Positions 38,468 to 47,443 are shown, numbered from the stretch's first letter. The stretch is 52,571 nt of DNA from an uncultured Verrucomicrobiota bacterium (GCA_903847335.1 CAINDI010000113.1:1-52571); one strand, 5' to 3'. The notes: a model not told the origin generated them from the sequence alone. Made by a program: numbers and translations.

Positions 38468-38922
38468 ACATCGCCATCATCGTCGCCATCGCCGAGAATC
38501 TTGTCATCGGCGACGCCGGTAAGATTCCGTGGCATATCAGCGACGACCTCAAACGGTTCAAGCGTCTTACACTCGGCCATCCGATTATCATGGGCCGAAA
38601 AACTTACGACTCACTTGGAAAACCGTTGCCGGGCCGGCGTAATCTTGTGCTCACACGCGGTGCGCCGATTGCCGGTGTCGAATGTTTTTCTAGTCTTGAT
38701 GCCGCGCTGAAAACTTGCCGGGACGAAACTGTTTTCATCATCGGCGGCGCGGAGATTTACCGGCAAGCTTTACCGGTGGCAAATGCGCTGTTCATCACGC
38801 ACGTTCACCAACAAGTCACCGGTGATACACATTTCCCAGAATTCGACCAGCAACGCTGGCGCGAAGTCGCTCGCGAAGACCATCCGGATTATTCGTTTGT
38901 AGATTACCGGTCGCTTGATTAA
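38464..38922 (+). CDS. folA: Dihydrofolate reductase
   Basis: IPWHISDDLKRFK, IMGRKT, PLPGRRN, IIGGAEIY, GDTHFP. Confidence 0.96.
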   Translation: MNIAIIVAIAENLVIGDAGKIPWHISDDLKRFKRLTLGHPIIMGRKTYDSLGKPLPGRRNLVLTRGAPIAGVECFSSLDAALKTCRDETVFIIGGAEIYRQALPVANALFITHVHQQVTGDTHFPEFDQQRWREVAREDHPDYSFVDYRSLD

Positions 38923-39311
38923 TAGCCGAGATCGAAGGTGTACCGGAGGACGTTGTGGCAATGCACGGAGTCGATGACGGTCTTGCTTTGCCAGCCTTTG
39001 CAGGAGATTGCGCCGGTGACATTTTTGCGGCGTTTCGTGATGGCCTCTTCTAATTCTTTGGTTAGATCAAAGTCGCCACGGATACATTCGCTGTTGGGAC
39101 AATTGAAAAGGAGCACAGATTTGGCGTGTTCAATGTTGACCTCGTATTTGACTTGGCTGTTTTTTGTGACGCCATCGTGGTCGAAATATGCCAACCCAAC
39201 GGTAAGAGATTTCAATTTTTGGAATTGGGTGGCAAGCGATGGTGCGGCCTGAATGCGTTGGCTGGCTTTTTCACGGTGTTCAAAACGGGGACCTACTCTT
39301 TGACGATACAT
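38919..39311 (-). CDS. Hypothetical 130-aa protein with four Cys (putative Zn-binding)
   Basis: FNCPNSECIRGDFDL...SCKGW...HCHN. Basic, no TM segment. Fills the space between the RRM gene and folA. Confidence 0.7.
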   Translation of the reverse strand: MYRQRVGPRFEHREKASQRIQAAPSLATQFQKLKSLTVGLAYFDHDGVTKNSQVKYEVNIEHAKSVLLFNCPNSECIRGDFDLTKELEEAITKRRKNVTGAISCKGWQSKTVIDSVHCHNVLRYTFDLGY

Positions 39312-39392
39312 ATGGAACCGACCTGTTTACTGGGTTGTCTAGCCAATTTACCACATTTGTGCGGCCTTGTATCTATCAATCCGTACAGAAAT

Positions 39393-39425
39393 AAAAAGGG
39401 CATCCCGGTTACAGGATGCCCTTTT
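39393..39425 (-). terminator. Intrinsic terminator after the RRM gene (possibly bidirectional)
   Basis: AAAAA-GGGCATCC-N8-GGATGCCC-TTTT; 8-bp GC stem flanked by A/T tracts. Confidence 0.85.
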
Positions 39426-39448
39426 CGGATTATACCGCGAGTCGGTTT

Positions 39449-39769
39449 TTAGTACCGGCGCGAACGATTGTCGTCGCGACGGCCACCGCCACCACCGCCG
39501 AAGTCGCCACGGGGACGTTCTTCACGGGGTTTCGCTTCGTTGACGGTCAACGCGCGACCATCAAGTTCTTTGCCGTTAATATCGGCAATTGCCTTAGTGG
39601 CTTCTTCCTGCGAGCTCATTTCCACAAATCCGAACCCACGGGACTTGTTGGTGAACTTGTCCACGATCAGGTTGCAAGCGGTGACGTTACCGGCCTGTTT
39701 GAACAGGTCGAGAATATCGCCTTCGGTGGTGTTGAACGACAGGTTTCCTACGAATAGCCTGGTAGCCAT
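39449..39769 (-). CDS. RRM RNA-binding protein with Gly/Arg-rich tail (Rbp type)
   Basis: RNP2 LFVGNL, RNP1 RGFGFVEM, VNEAKPRE, GGGGGG tail. Confidence 0.95.
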   Translation of the reverse strand: MATRLFVGNLSFNTTEGDILDLFKQAGNVTACNLIVDKFTNKSRGFGFVEMSSQEEATKAIADINGKELDGRALTVNEAKPREERPRGDFGGGGGGRRDDNRSRRY

Positions 39770-39902
39770 TATGTGTATCTTTCTGCTGCGGTTAGGAGGT
39801 CTCAGTGACTGTTCTCGAACTCGAGTTTAGGATCATCACCGAGCAAAATCGTCTGACAATCTACCAATCTCACTGCAACTGCTACTATCTGCGAGCACCT
39901 TC

Positions 39903-39930
39903 ACCATACCCTGCTTTCCTAGAATAGCAA
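39903..39930 (-). promoter_or_regulatory. Sigma70-type promoter of the RRM gene, implying a ~125-nt 5' leader
   Basis: Minus strand TTGCTA-N16-TATGGT. Confidence 0.55.
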
Positions 39931-39937
39931 CAGAAAG

Positions 39938-40672
39938 TTACGCGAATTTAGTACGCCATTTACGACCGGCGAAACCTAATACCAGTCCGCCGATGCACAA
40001 CAAAAACCCAGTCGAAGGTTCCGGTACGGCGGCGACTGTTGGAGTGTAGGTGTATTGGATATCAATCGTTGCTGCACCTTGCGAGGTCGTTCCCAGCCAG
40101 AAGTTGCCGGGTTTGTTGTGAGTTGTAATGGTATCTGACTCATTCGCTGCGACTTGGAAGTCAGTTTGTCCAAGGCCAATGAATGCCGCTAAAGTCGGCG
40201 CGGTGGTGTAAGTGAAAACCTGCGATTGCGTAGCGTTAACAATTGGAATTGTAGCACCGGAGGTACCGGAGCCATCAGTCGTACCGTCATATTTTGGCAT
40301 AGATGGAATTACCATTCCATTAGTCGCGGCGGAAGTGGCCATGGAAAGATAACTCTGCGCACCTTGAGTAATATCTAGGGTTTGATCCATTGCGTAGTTG
40401 GCTGTAAACGCCGTGGAAGGTTTGGTGAGATTGGTGTTTTCATATTGCCAACCACCCACTAATTCACCGGTGACAGTGATCTGCACGCTTTGTAAGTGAC
40501 CGAGACTTGGATCGAAAAGATTCAAAAGTAAATCTTGGGCGTAAGATGTATCTGTGAGTGAAATCGTGGCGGATTCATCAATGATTGCAGCCGACACGTT
40601 AACCGTGCTGAAGAGTCCTACAAAAAGACCAATCAGTCCCACGGCGATTGCAACATGACGATAGCTTCTCAT
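39938..40672 (-). CDS. PEP-CTERM sorting-domain surface protein (choice-of-anchor E-like)
   Basis: Signal peptide; LNLFDPSLGHLQSVQI N-terminal pattern; Thr/Ser-rich body; C-terminal VPEPST-hydrophobic-RKWR. Confidence 0.9.
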   Translation of the reverse strand: MRSYRHVAIAVGLIGLFVGLFSTVNVSAAIIDESATISLTDTSYAQDLLLNLFDPSLGHLQSVQITVTGELVGGWQYENTNLTKPSTAFTANYAMDQTLDITQGAQSYLSMATSAATNGMVIPSMPKYDGTTDGSGTSGATIPIVNATQSQVFTYTTAPTLAAFIGLGQTDFQVAANESDTITTHNKPGNFWLGTTSQGAATIDIQYTYTPTVAAVPEPSTGFLLCIGGLVLGFAGRKWRTKFA

Positions 40673-40804
40673 TCGCGAAGAATAGTGGACGACGAATCAT
40701 GCTCTTCAGGGAGCGGTTGCCATGTGAAATGACAACAATCCAAACATGGGAAGGAATCCAAACGAGGGAAACATCTGCGGGTCATCAAGAACCCATGGCG
40801 GGTT

Positions 40805-40833
40805 CATATAAGAGAAGTGGTGTGAAATGTCAA
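40805..40833 (-). promoter_or_regulatory. Distal sigma70-type promoter upstream of the PEP-CTERM gene
   Basis: Minus strand TTGACA-N17-TATATG. Confidence 0.5.
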
Positions 40834-40850
40834 TAACTTGTGAATAACTT

Positions 40851-42683
40851 TTACTTCGCAATCAGTCCAGTTTGCAGCGCCGCCAGAATACCGGCGGCAC
40901 CACCGGGCGACATGAGATATAGCCCAGCCCAGCCTTCTTGCTGAACTCGCTGCACCTGCTCCACGGCAATTTCAAGGCCAACCTTTGCCTGATCGGTCGG
41001 ATTGGATTTAGTGGCTAACCGCTGGAGGATTTTATCCGGCAAAACCACACCGGGCACTTGCGCCACGCGCTGGGCTTGTTCCAAACTCGTCAAAATCATA
41101 ACGCCAATCAAAATCGAATGTTTTGTCCGCAACGATTCCAGCGCCGCCAGCGGTTCCGCGCGAAACGCCGGTTGTGTCATCACATAATCCGCACCGTGAT
41201 CGAGCTTCTGCCGGAGGCGGTCGAGTTCACGTTTGCCATCGACGGCTTCCGGTTCAAAGCCCGCACCAATCGTAAAATGAGTACGCGGGTCAGCCTGTTT
41301 ACCGAGTGGCGCGCCGCCAAAGTCCACACCGGCGTTCAGGCACGAGTTTGTCAATCGCACCAGTGCCACCGAATCTAAATCAAACACTGCCGTCGAGCGC
41401 GGATACGTCGGCGACATCTTCGGCGGGTCGCCGGTGATGAAAAGAACATTATGAATCCGGTTCGCGTGAAATCCAATCAGTCGGCTCTGAATTCCCATCA
41501 GATTCAAATCGCGGCCGGTAAAGTGCGGAATCAACTCCAACCGGTCGCCAATCTGATTCCGAACCAGATGAATGAAATCTCCCGGCGGCATCAACGGAAT
41601 TCCGCGCGAGCCATCGGTGAAATCCACCGCATCCGCCAGACCGCTGTCGGCAAGTTGGCGGATGAAATCAATCTTACCGGCGACCAGTTTCTCATCCGTT
41701 CCGCGCGGCGGCAAAATTTCAACGCTGACGACAAACTTTCCGGCTTTCAATTTTTGAGAGAACCGGCCGTTTGCTGATTTTTCGACATCACCGGCCGGCG
41801 GACGAGTTGATTTTATTTCAACGCCACCGGTGACGCCGGCTTGTCGCGACCGGAGATAATTGTGCATTTCGCGAAGATGTGGCGGGTGCATTTCGCAGCA
41901 ACCACCAATCAATCGCACGCCGCGATCCATCAAGCTCCGCGCCAACCGGCCCATATATTCCGGATTCACTGAACTCATGAACCGGTTGCCGATTCGCTGA
42001 AATCCACCGGCGTTCGGCATCACTACTAGAGGCAACGGCGCATCCGGTACCGCGTCTACAAATGCGCTCGCATCCCACGGCGCACAGCAATTCACGCCCG
42101 CGACCGCTGCGCCGATTTCCGCCATCCGCTGGACAAACGCCGCCGGTAAAATTTCTGGGCTGAATGTCATTTCCGCGATAATCGGCGGTGCGCCCGGTAT
42201 CGACCGGATGAGCGCGATGAGTAATTCCAGTTGTGGTTGCGAGCTAAAAGTTTCCAGCAACAACGCATCAGCACCGGCGGCAATCAAATTTTCGATTTGT
42301 TCCCGGTAACATTCCGCGATGGCGGTGGGTGTGAGTAAAACTCCGGCGGCCGGGCCGATGGAAGCGAGCGTGAAGACCGGTTCCGTCCCGGCGGTGCGCG
42401 CGAGATTCACGCCGGCGCGATTTAATTCTGCCACGCGGTGTTCCATTCCAAACTGCCGCAACTGATGTCGGTTCGCGCCAAAGGTATTAGTTTTGAGACA
42501 GCGTGCGCCGGCGGCGAGATAATCCCGGTGGACGCGACGGATGAGGTCCGGTTGATCGGTGTTGAACGCTTCGTAGACGTGATTCGTCTCGGACAATCGT
42601 CCGGTGAGTTCAAACAAATACGAACCCATCGCGCCGTCAGTGAGCAACGGTTGCGTTTTTAACGTGGTTAAAAAATCCGCCAT
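40851..42683 (-). CDS. yitJ: Bifunctional homocysteine S-methyltransferase / methylenetetrahydrofolate reductase (YitJ type)
   Basis: DGAMG, TNTFGAN, LETF, GVNC, PNAG, IGGCC (Zn ligands). C-terminal MTHFR domain: VEILPPRG, HFTGRD, ITGDPP, GADYVMTQP. Confidence 0.88.
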   Translation of the reverse strand: MADFLTTLKTQPLLTDGAMGSYLFELTGRLSETNHVYEAFNTDQPDLIRRVHRDYLAAGARCLKTNTFGANRHQLRQFGMEHRVAELNRAGVNLARTAGTEPVFTLASIGPAAGVLLTPTAIAECYREQIENLIAAGADALLLETFSSQPQLELLIALIRSIPGAPPIIAEMTFSPEILPAAFVQRMAEIGAAVAGVNCCAPWDASAFVDAVPDAPLPLVVMPNAGGFQRIGNRFMSSVNPEYMGRLARSLMDRGVRLIGGCCEMHPPHLREMHNYLRSRQAGVTGGVEIKSTRPPAGDVEKSANGRFSQKLKAGKFVVSVEILPPRGTDEKLVAGKIDFIRQLADSGLADAVDFTDGSRGIPLMPPGDFIHLVRNQIGDRLELIPHFTGRDLNLMGIQSRLIGFHANRIHNVLFITGDPPKMSPTYPRSTAVFDLDSVALVRLTNSCLNAGVDFGGAPLGKQADPRTHFTIGAGFEPEAVDGKRELDRLRQKLDHGADYVMTQPAFRAEPLAALESLRTKHSILIGVMILTSLEQAQRVAQVPGVVLPDKILQRLATKSNPTDQAKVGLEIAVEQVQRVQQEGWAGLYLMSPGGAAGILAALQTGLIAK

Positions 42684-42743
42684 GCGGCTTCTTGATACAA
42701 CAGACCGGCGGCAGAGTCAAAACCGGTTACGCGCCGCCGGTGA

Positions 42744-43658
42744 TTAGTTTTGTGTGAGTTGATTCGCGTCGAACACAATCGGGAAGTTTTCACCTTCGAC
42801 CACGGCGCCTTTCGGGATCGGCGGCGTGCCCGGCATCAGCGGCTTGTCGGTGTCAGAACGCACATCCGGTCGGATGAAGTTTAGCACCACTCCGCGGCGT
42901 GGGTTGGGCGAAGTATTTGGATATGAGCCGTGCAAAGTGAGGCAATGATGAAACGATGCCTCACCAGCCTTGAGCATCATCGGCACCGGTTTGAATTGCG
43001 CGAGTTGTTCGGGAGACAGCACCTGCTTGATGGCTTCCATATCTTCCATGCCACCGGTGAGCTTGACGGTCGGCAACAGATTCCAGCGGTGCGAACCGGG
43101 AACGACATGGACGCAGCCGTTCTCTAAAGTGGTGTCATCCAGCGCAACGAAACAGGTGATGTGTCCCACCGGTACCGTGCGTGTCCAATACGAATAATCC
43201 TGATGCCATGCCACCACGCCACCGTGCCGGGCGGGTTTGTAGAAAAGCTGGTCGTGCCAGAACCGCACCCGGTTCGTGCCGAGCAATTGACTGAGCGGAA
43301 CCGTCATCTCCGCATTGAACAGCAGGTCGTGAAACGCGTCGTCCACAAACCAAGCACCTTGAAAATAAATCATCTGCTGATTCTTGGTCGCGCCACCGGC
43401 GGCTGCGGTCAATCCAATCAGTTCGCTCCGGCGCGGAAAATCGTCGGCCACCATCTGTTCCAACCGGTCGCGCAAACATTGGAGTTGGCGTTCCTCCAAA
43501 ACTCGAATGCCTTTGAGATAACCATTGGTCTCGTAGAACCGCACTTGTTCCGGCGAGAGGGTGTATTTCGGAATCTCCTCCGACCGAGTAGCTGCCGTGA
43601 ATAATTGGCCCGCTGGCCGATGAATTTTTCGATAATCAATCAGATTGGTCGTGCCCAT
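42744..43658 (-). CDS. Phytanoyl-CoA dioxygenase family (Fe(II)/2-oxoglutarate) enzyme
   Basis: NGYL, DQLFYKP, WHQD, ALDD..ENGC..VPGSH, H..TLHGS..N...RR. Confidence 0.88.
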   Translation of the reverse strand: MGTTNLIDYRKIHRPAGQLFTAATRSEEIPKYTLSPEQVRFYETNGYLKGIRVLEERQLQCLRDRLEQMVADDFPRRSELIGLTAAAGGATKNQQMIYFQGAWFVDDAFHDLLFNAEMTVPLSQLLGTNRVRFWHDQLFYKPARHGGVVAWHQDYSYWTRTVPVGHITCFVALDDTTLENGCVHVVPGSHRWNLLPTVKLTGGMEDMEAIKQVLSPEQLAQFKPVPMMLKAGEASFHHCLTLHGSYPNTSPNPRRGVVLNFIRPDVRSDTDKPLMPGTPPIPKGAVVEGENFPIVFDANQLTQN

Positions 43659-43690
43659 GCCGGTACCGATACTTCAACCCGAATCGGGAG

Positions 43691-44887
43691 TCAAGGTGAG
43701 CCAGGTTCATATTTTTTAGAATTGCTTAACAACAATGAGAATAAAAATCCCAACGCCAATAAGCCGGCGCCGATTCCAAATGCGTCGCTGGCGGCTTGCG
43801 TTCCGAAGTGGTCTTTGAGGAATGCCACCATTTGCGGGCCGACAATTCCGCCGGCCGACCACGCCGTTAGGATACAGCCGTAAAGCACCGGCATCCGCAC
43901 CGGGCCAAACGTGTTCAGCACAAACGCAGGCATCACGCCGAAGCCGCCTCCGTAACAAAGCAGCACATAACAAATCAGCGCGCCGAACAACCAAGGGTTA
44001 CCGGTGAAGATGAGCGCGACAAACGCGATGACTTGCGTGGCCAGCATCACACGGAACGTGGCGAGTTGACCGAGCCGGTCCGACAGACCGCCCCAGAACA
44101 GCCGGCCCAAACCATTGAATAATGAGCTAACCGCAATCAACGTCGCGCCGGCCATCGCCGGATTTGGGCCACGCCACAAATCCTGCAACAGCGGCGATTG
44201 GAAACTGATGATGGCGATTCCGGCGACAATGTTGCAAAAGAACACCAGCCACATCAAACCAAACTGTCGCGACCAGACCGGCGCGATCCCCGCGAGGTTG
44301 ACGGAAGCGACCGGTGTCCCCGGTGGATTCCGCAGGCCAGCCGCAGCAAACAAACTGATCGTACCGACAATCAAGCCGATACCGGCAAAAACCAGCGGTA
44401 GTTGATGTTGGCAAGCGGCGTCGAGTGCCGGTGCGATGACTTTGCTCATCAGCAGTGCGCCCAAGCCGAAACCCATGACCACCATGCCGGTGACTAAACC
44501 TTTTTTATCGGGAAACCATTTCGCCGCAGTCGCCACCGGCGTGACATAGCCAAGTCCTAAGCCGATTCCGCCAACAACTCCGTAGCCGAGCCACAACAGC
44601 GGCAGCGATTTCAAATGCAACGCCAGCGCCGCGAGCAGATAGCCAGCGCCGTACAGCAAGCTACCGGTGACCGCGAGTTTGCGTGGGCCGAATTTCGGAA
44701 GCAAGACGCCGCCGACCGCCGCCGCTACGCCAAGAAAACCGATGGCGAGACTGAACGCCCACGCAACTTGCGTGTTGCTCCAACCGTAACCGGTGACGAG
44801 CGGTTTCTGGAAATAACTCCAAGCGTACACCGCGCCGAGGCACAGTTGTAGCAATGTGCCGGCACCGGCAATGAGCCAGCGCTTCAT
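43691..44887 (-). CDS. MFS transporter, oxalate/formate antiporter (OFA) family
   Basis: GAVYAWS, GLGYVTPVATAAKWFPDKKGLVTG..VMGFG, NGLGRLFWGGLSDRLG, YGGGFG. ATG 44887 overlaps the fhs stop (TGATG). Confidence 0.88.
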   Translation of the reverse strand: MKRWLIAGAGTLLQLCLGAVYAWSYFQKPLVTGYGWSNTQVAWAFSLAIGFLGVAAAVGGVLLPKFGPRKLAVTGSLLYGAGYLLAALALHLKSLPLLWLGYGVVGGIGLGLGYVTPVATAAKWFPDKKGLVTGMVVMGFGLGALLMSKVIAPALDAACQHQLPLVFAGIGLIVGTISLFAAAGLRNPPGTPVASVNLAGIAPVWSRQFGLMWLVFFCNIVAGIAIISFQSPLLQDLWRGPNPAMAGATLIAVSSLFNGLGRLFWGGLSDRLGQLATFRVMLATQVIAFVALIFTGNPWLFGALICYVLLCYGGGFGVMPAFVLNTFGPVRMPVLYGCILTAWSAGGIVGPQMVAFLKDHFGTQAASDAFGIGAGLLALGFLFSLLLSNSKKYEPGSP

Positions 44888-46563
44888 CAGAACAAGCCGA
44901 CGATTTCGCCCGCTTCGTTGATGTCGATGATTTCCGCCGACGGAATTTTTGGCAAGCCCGGCATCGTCATGATGTCGCCGGTCAAGACGACGACGAATCC
45001 GGCTCCGGCGGAAAGTTTCACGTCGCGAATCGGCACGTCGAAGTTTTTCGGACGGCCGAGCAAGGCCGGGTCGGTGGAAAGCGAATATTGCGTCTTCGCC
45101 ATGCACACCGGCAGATGCGCGTAGCCAGCGGCTTCGAAATCTTTGATTTTCTGACGGACTTTTACGTCGGCCATGATGTTGTCGGCGCCATAAATATTTT
45201 GCGCGATGGCGCGAATTTTATTCCAGAGACCCATCTCATCGGTGTAGAGGAACTGGAAATTATTGGAACGCGGTTGCTCCGCAAGTTCGACGACAGCTTT
45301 CGCCAGATTTTCCGCACCGGCACTGCCGCGCGCCCAGTGGTCGGCTTTGACGGCGCGAACGCCGAGAGTTTTGCAGTGGTTCTCAATGACGGCGACTTCC
45401 TCCGGTGTGTCAGCGGTGAAATGATTAATCGCAACCACCACCGGTAGGTTGTAGAGCCGAATATTTTCGATGTGTTTTTCGAGATTGGCGATGCCTTTTT
45501 CGACGGCGGACGGATTCGGTTTTCCGAGGTCAGCTTTCAGAACTCCGCCGTGCATTTTGAGCGCCCGAACAGTGGCGACGATGACAACGGCACTCGGTTG
45601 CAAGCCGGCCTTCCGGCACTTGATATCGAGGAATTTTTCTGCGCCGAGGTCGGCACCGAAGCCGGCTTCGGTCACAGCGTAATCGGCGAGCCGGAGACCT
45701 AATTTGGTAGCGAGGACGCTGTTGCAACCGTGCGCGATGTTGGCGAATGGTCCACCATGAACGAATGCCGGATTGCCTTCGAGCGTCTGGACGAGATTTG
45801 GTTTGAGCGCATCTTTCAACAAGACGGTCATTGCGCCGTGAGCTTTGAGGTCGGCAGCAGTGACGGGCTTTTTCTCGCGGGTGTAAGCGACGACAATTTT
45901 GCCGAGACGTTCCCGGAGTTCTTTGAGCGATTCGGAGAGACAGAAAATCGCCATGACTTCGGAGGCGACGGTGATGTCGTAGCCGGATTCGCGCGGGATG
46001 CCGTTGGCGTTGCCGCCGAGGCCGAGAACGATGTCGCGGAGAGCGCGGTCATTCATGTCCACGACGCGCCGCCAGACGATGCGATTCACGTCGATGCCGA
46101 GTTTATTGCCTTGCGTGAGATGGTTATCGAGGAGCGCGGCGAGTAAATTGTGCGCGGCACCGATGGCGTGAAAGTCACCGGTGAAGTGAAGATTGATGTC
46201 TTCCATCGGAATCACTTGCGCGTAACCACCACCGGCGGCGCCACCTTTGACGCCGAAACACGGACCGAGCGATGGTTCGCGTAGACAGATGACGGCGCGT
46301 TTGCCGATGCGGTTCAACGCATCGCCGAGACCGACGGTGCAGGTGGTTTTACCTTCACCGGCGGCAGTCGGATTGACAGCGGTGACAAGGATCAACTTGC
46401 CGGTCGGCGCGTTGTCGAGGCTATGGAAGTAATCGAGCGAGATTTTGGCTTTGTAATGGCCGTAATGCTCAAGGTCGGCATCGGGAATGCGGAGCTTCTT
46501 GGCAATCTCTCCGATGGGTTTGATTTTGGCAGCGCGCGCGATTTCAATATCGGACAGTGGCAT
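44887..46563 (-). CDS. fhs: Formate-tetrahydrofolate ligase
   Basis: [66 protein letters not shown]. Confidence 0.97.
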   Translation of the reverse strand: MPLSDIEIARAAKIKPIGEIAKKLRIPDADLEHYGHYKAKISLDYFHSLDNAPTGKLILVTAVNPTAAGEGKTTCTVGLGDALNRIGKRAVICLREPSLGPCFGVKGGAAGGGYAQVIPMEDINLHFTGDFHAIGAAHNLLAALLDNHLTQGNKLGIDVNRIVWRRVVDMNDRALRDIVLGLGGNANGIPRESGYDITVASEVMAIFCLSESLKELRERLGKIVVAYTREKKPVTAADLKAHGAMTVLLKDALKPNLVQTLEGNPAFVHGGPFANIAHGCNSVLATKLGLRLADYAVTEAGFGADLGAEKFLDIKCRKAGLQPSAVVIVATVRALKMHGGVLKADLGKPNPSAVEKGIANLEKHIENIRLYNLPVVVAINHFTADTPEEVAVIENHCKTLGVRAVKADHWARGSAGAENLAKAVVELAEQPRSNNFQFLYTDEMGLWNKIRAIAQNIYGADNIMADVKVRQKIKDFEAAGYAHLPVCMAKTQYSLSTDPALLGRPKNFDVPIRDVKLSAGAGFVVVLTGDIMTMPGLPKIPSAEIIDINEAGEIVGLF

Positions 46564-46578
46564 AATGAGATTTCCTTT

Positions 46579-47442
46579 TTAGGCGTAGAATTCTTGGACG
46601 CGCATGATGACGTCGAAACCTTCCAGCTTCAGACAATCGGTGAGGCATTGCAGCGCCGGAGCGTCGGTCGTAAGCATTTCGTATTTGCGTTTGACCGAAC
46701 CGATGACGTGATCCATTCCGAGCGGCATGGCCAGCGTGAGGAACGCGCTTTCGAGCGGGCCTTTCGTCGGTGAACCATCGGCGCGTTTCGGCGGCAGCAT
46801 GACGGTGAAATTGCTGAGACCCACTGACATGTGGACGCCCTTGAAGTTTGCGTCGTCGTGAATTAGGCGGATGGATTTCATCAACCGGAGAAACTGGTTT
46901 TCAGAATCAGCGCCAATCGGTGAGATGCCGGCGTCAATGATGCAATCGCTGACTGCGATGCTATGTTTCTTGGCTTCGGCAATCATCTGTTTTGCGGTCG
47001 CGTAGGTCTGGTTGGCGTCGTGATTTGGCTGGCCGGTGCCGTTTTCATTGCGCTCGGTGACGAGGAGAATCGGCCTGAATGCGATAATCTTTTTCAAGTC
47101 GAACATCTCTGGTCGCAACGGCGAAATGGAATTCAGTAACGGGATTTTGCCACCGGCGCGATTGAGGTCGTAGGCTTTGAGACCAGCTTCGGCCATGACT
47201 GGATCGGGTGTGTCGATGGAGAGCGGCTTCGCGGTGACGCTCTGAACTTGCCGGACCATTTCCGCGAGAAATTCCGGCGAACGCTTGCCGACGTTGACGT
47301 CGATGTAGGTTGCGCCGCCGGCGTCTTGCGACTTAGCCAGTTCTTTCAAGCCGGCGATGTCGTTGGCTTCGTAAAGTTTTTTGGTGGACGGAACGGAATC
47401 GTTGATGGATTCTCCGATGATACTGAGGCCGGGTAGTGACAT
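46579..47442 (-). CDS. Pterin-binding methyltetrahydrofolate:corrinoid methyltransferase (AcsE / MetH folate-domain-like)
   Basis: IIGESIN, GATYIDVNVG, PLSIDT, NSIS, IIDAG, VGLSNF. ATG 47442 lies 1 nt after the metF-metV stop. Confidence 0.8.
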   Translation of the reverse strand: MSLPGLSIIGESINDSVPSTKKLYEANDIAGLKELAKSQDAGGATYIDVNVGKRSPEFLAEMVRQVQSVTAKPLSIDTPDPVMAEAGLKAYDLNRAGGKIPLLNSISPLRPEMFDLKKIIAFRPILLVTERNENGTGQPNHDANQTYATAKQMIAEAKKHSIAVSDCIIDAGISPIGADSENQFLRLMKSIRLIHDDANFKGVHMSVGLSNFTVMLPPKRADGSPTKGPLESAFLTLAMPLGMDHVIGSVKRKYEMLTTDAPALQCLTDCLKLEGFDVIMRVQEFYA

Positions 47443-47443
47443 A

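Noticed and set aside
39938-40850. Mobile element or genomic island around the AT-richer PEP-CTERM gene
   Set aside because: Composition differs, but no integrase, transposase, tRNA or flanking direct repeats are visible.
44888-45106. N-terminal extensions in the ORF track (OFA here; also fmt, dxr, rseP, purA, AcsE-like, cbiX, pgeF, hemW)
   Set aside because: They overlap neighbouring genes or promoters; family homology begins at the downstream ATG used in the feature list.
46579-47442. Dihydropteroate synthase (folP) call for the pterin-binding protein
   Set aside because: It lacks the FolP motifs (TPDSFSDG, SRK) and has the IGE.IN / GLSN pattern of methyl-THF:corrinoid methyltransferases.
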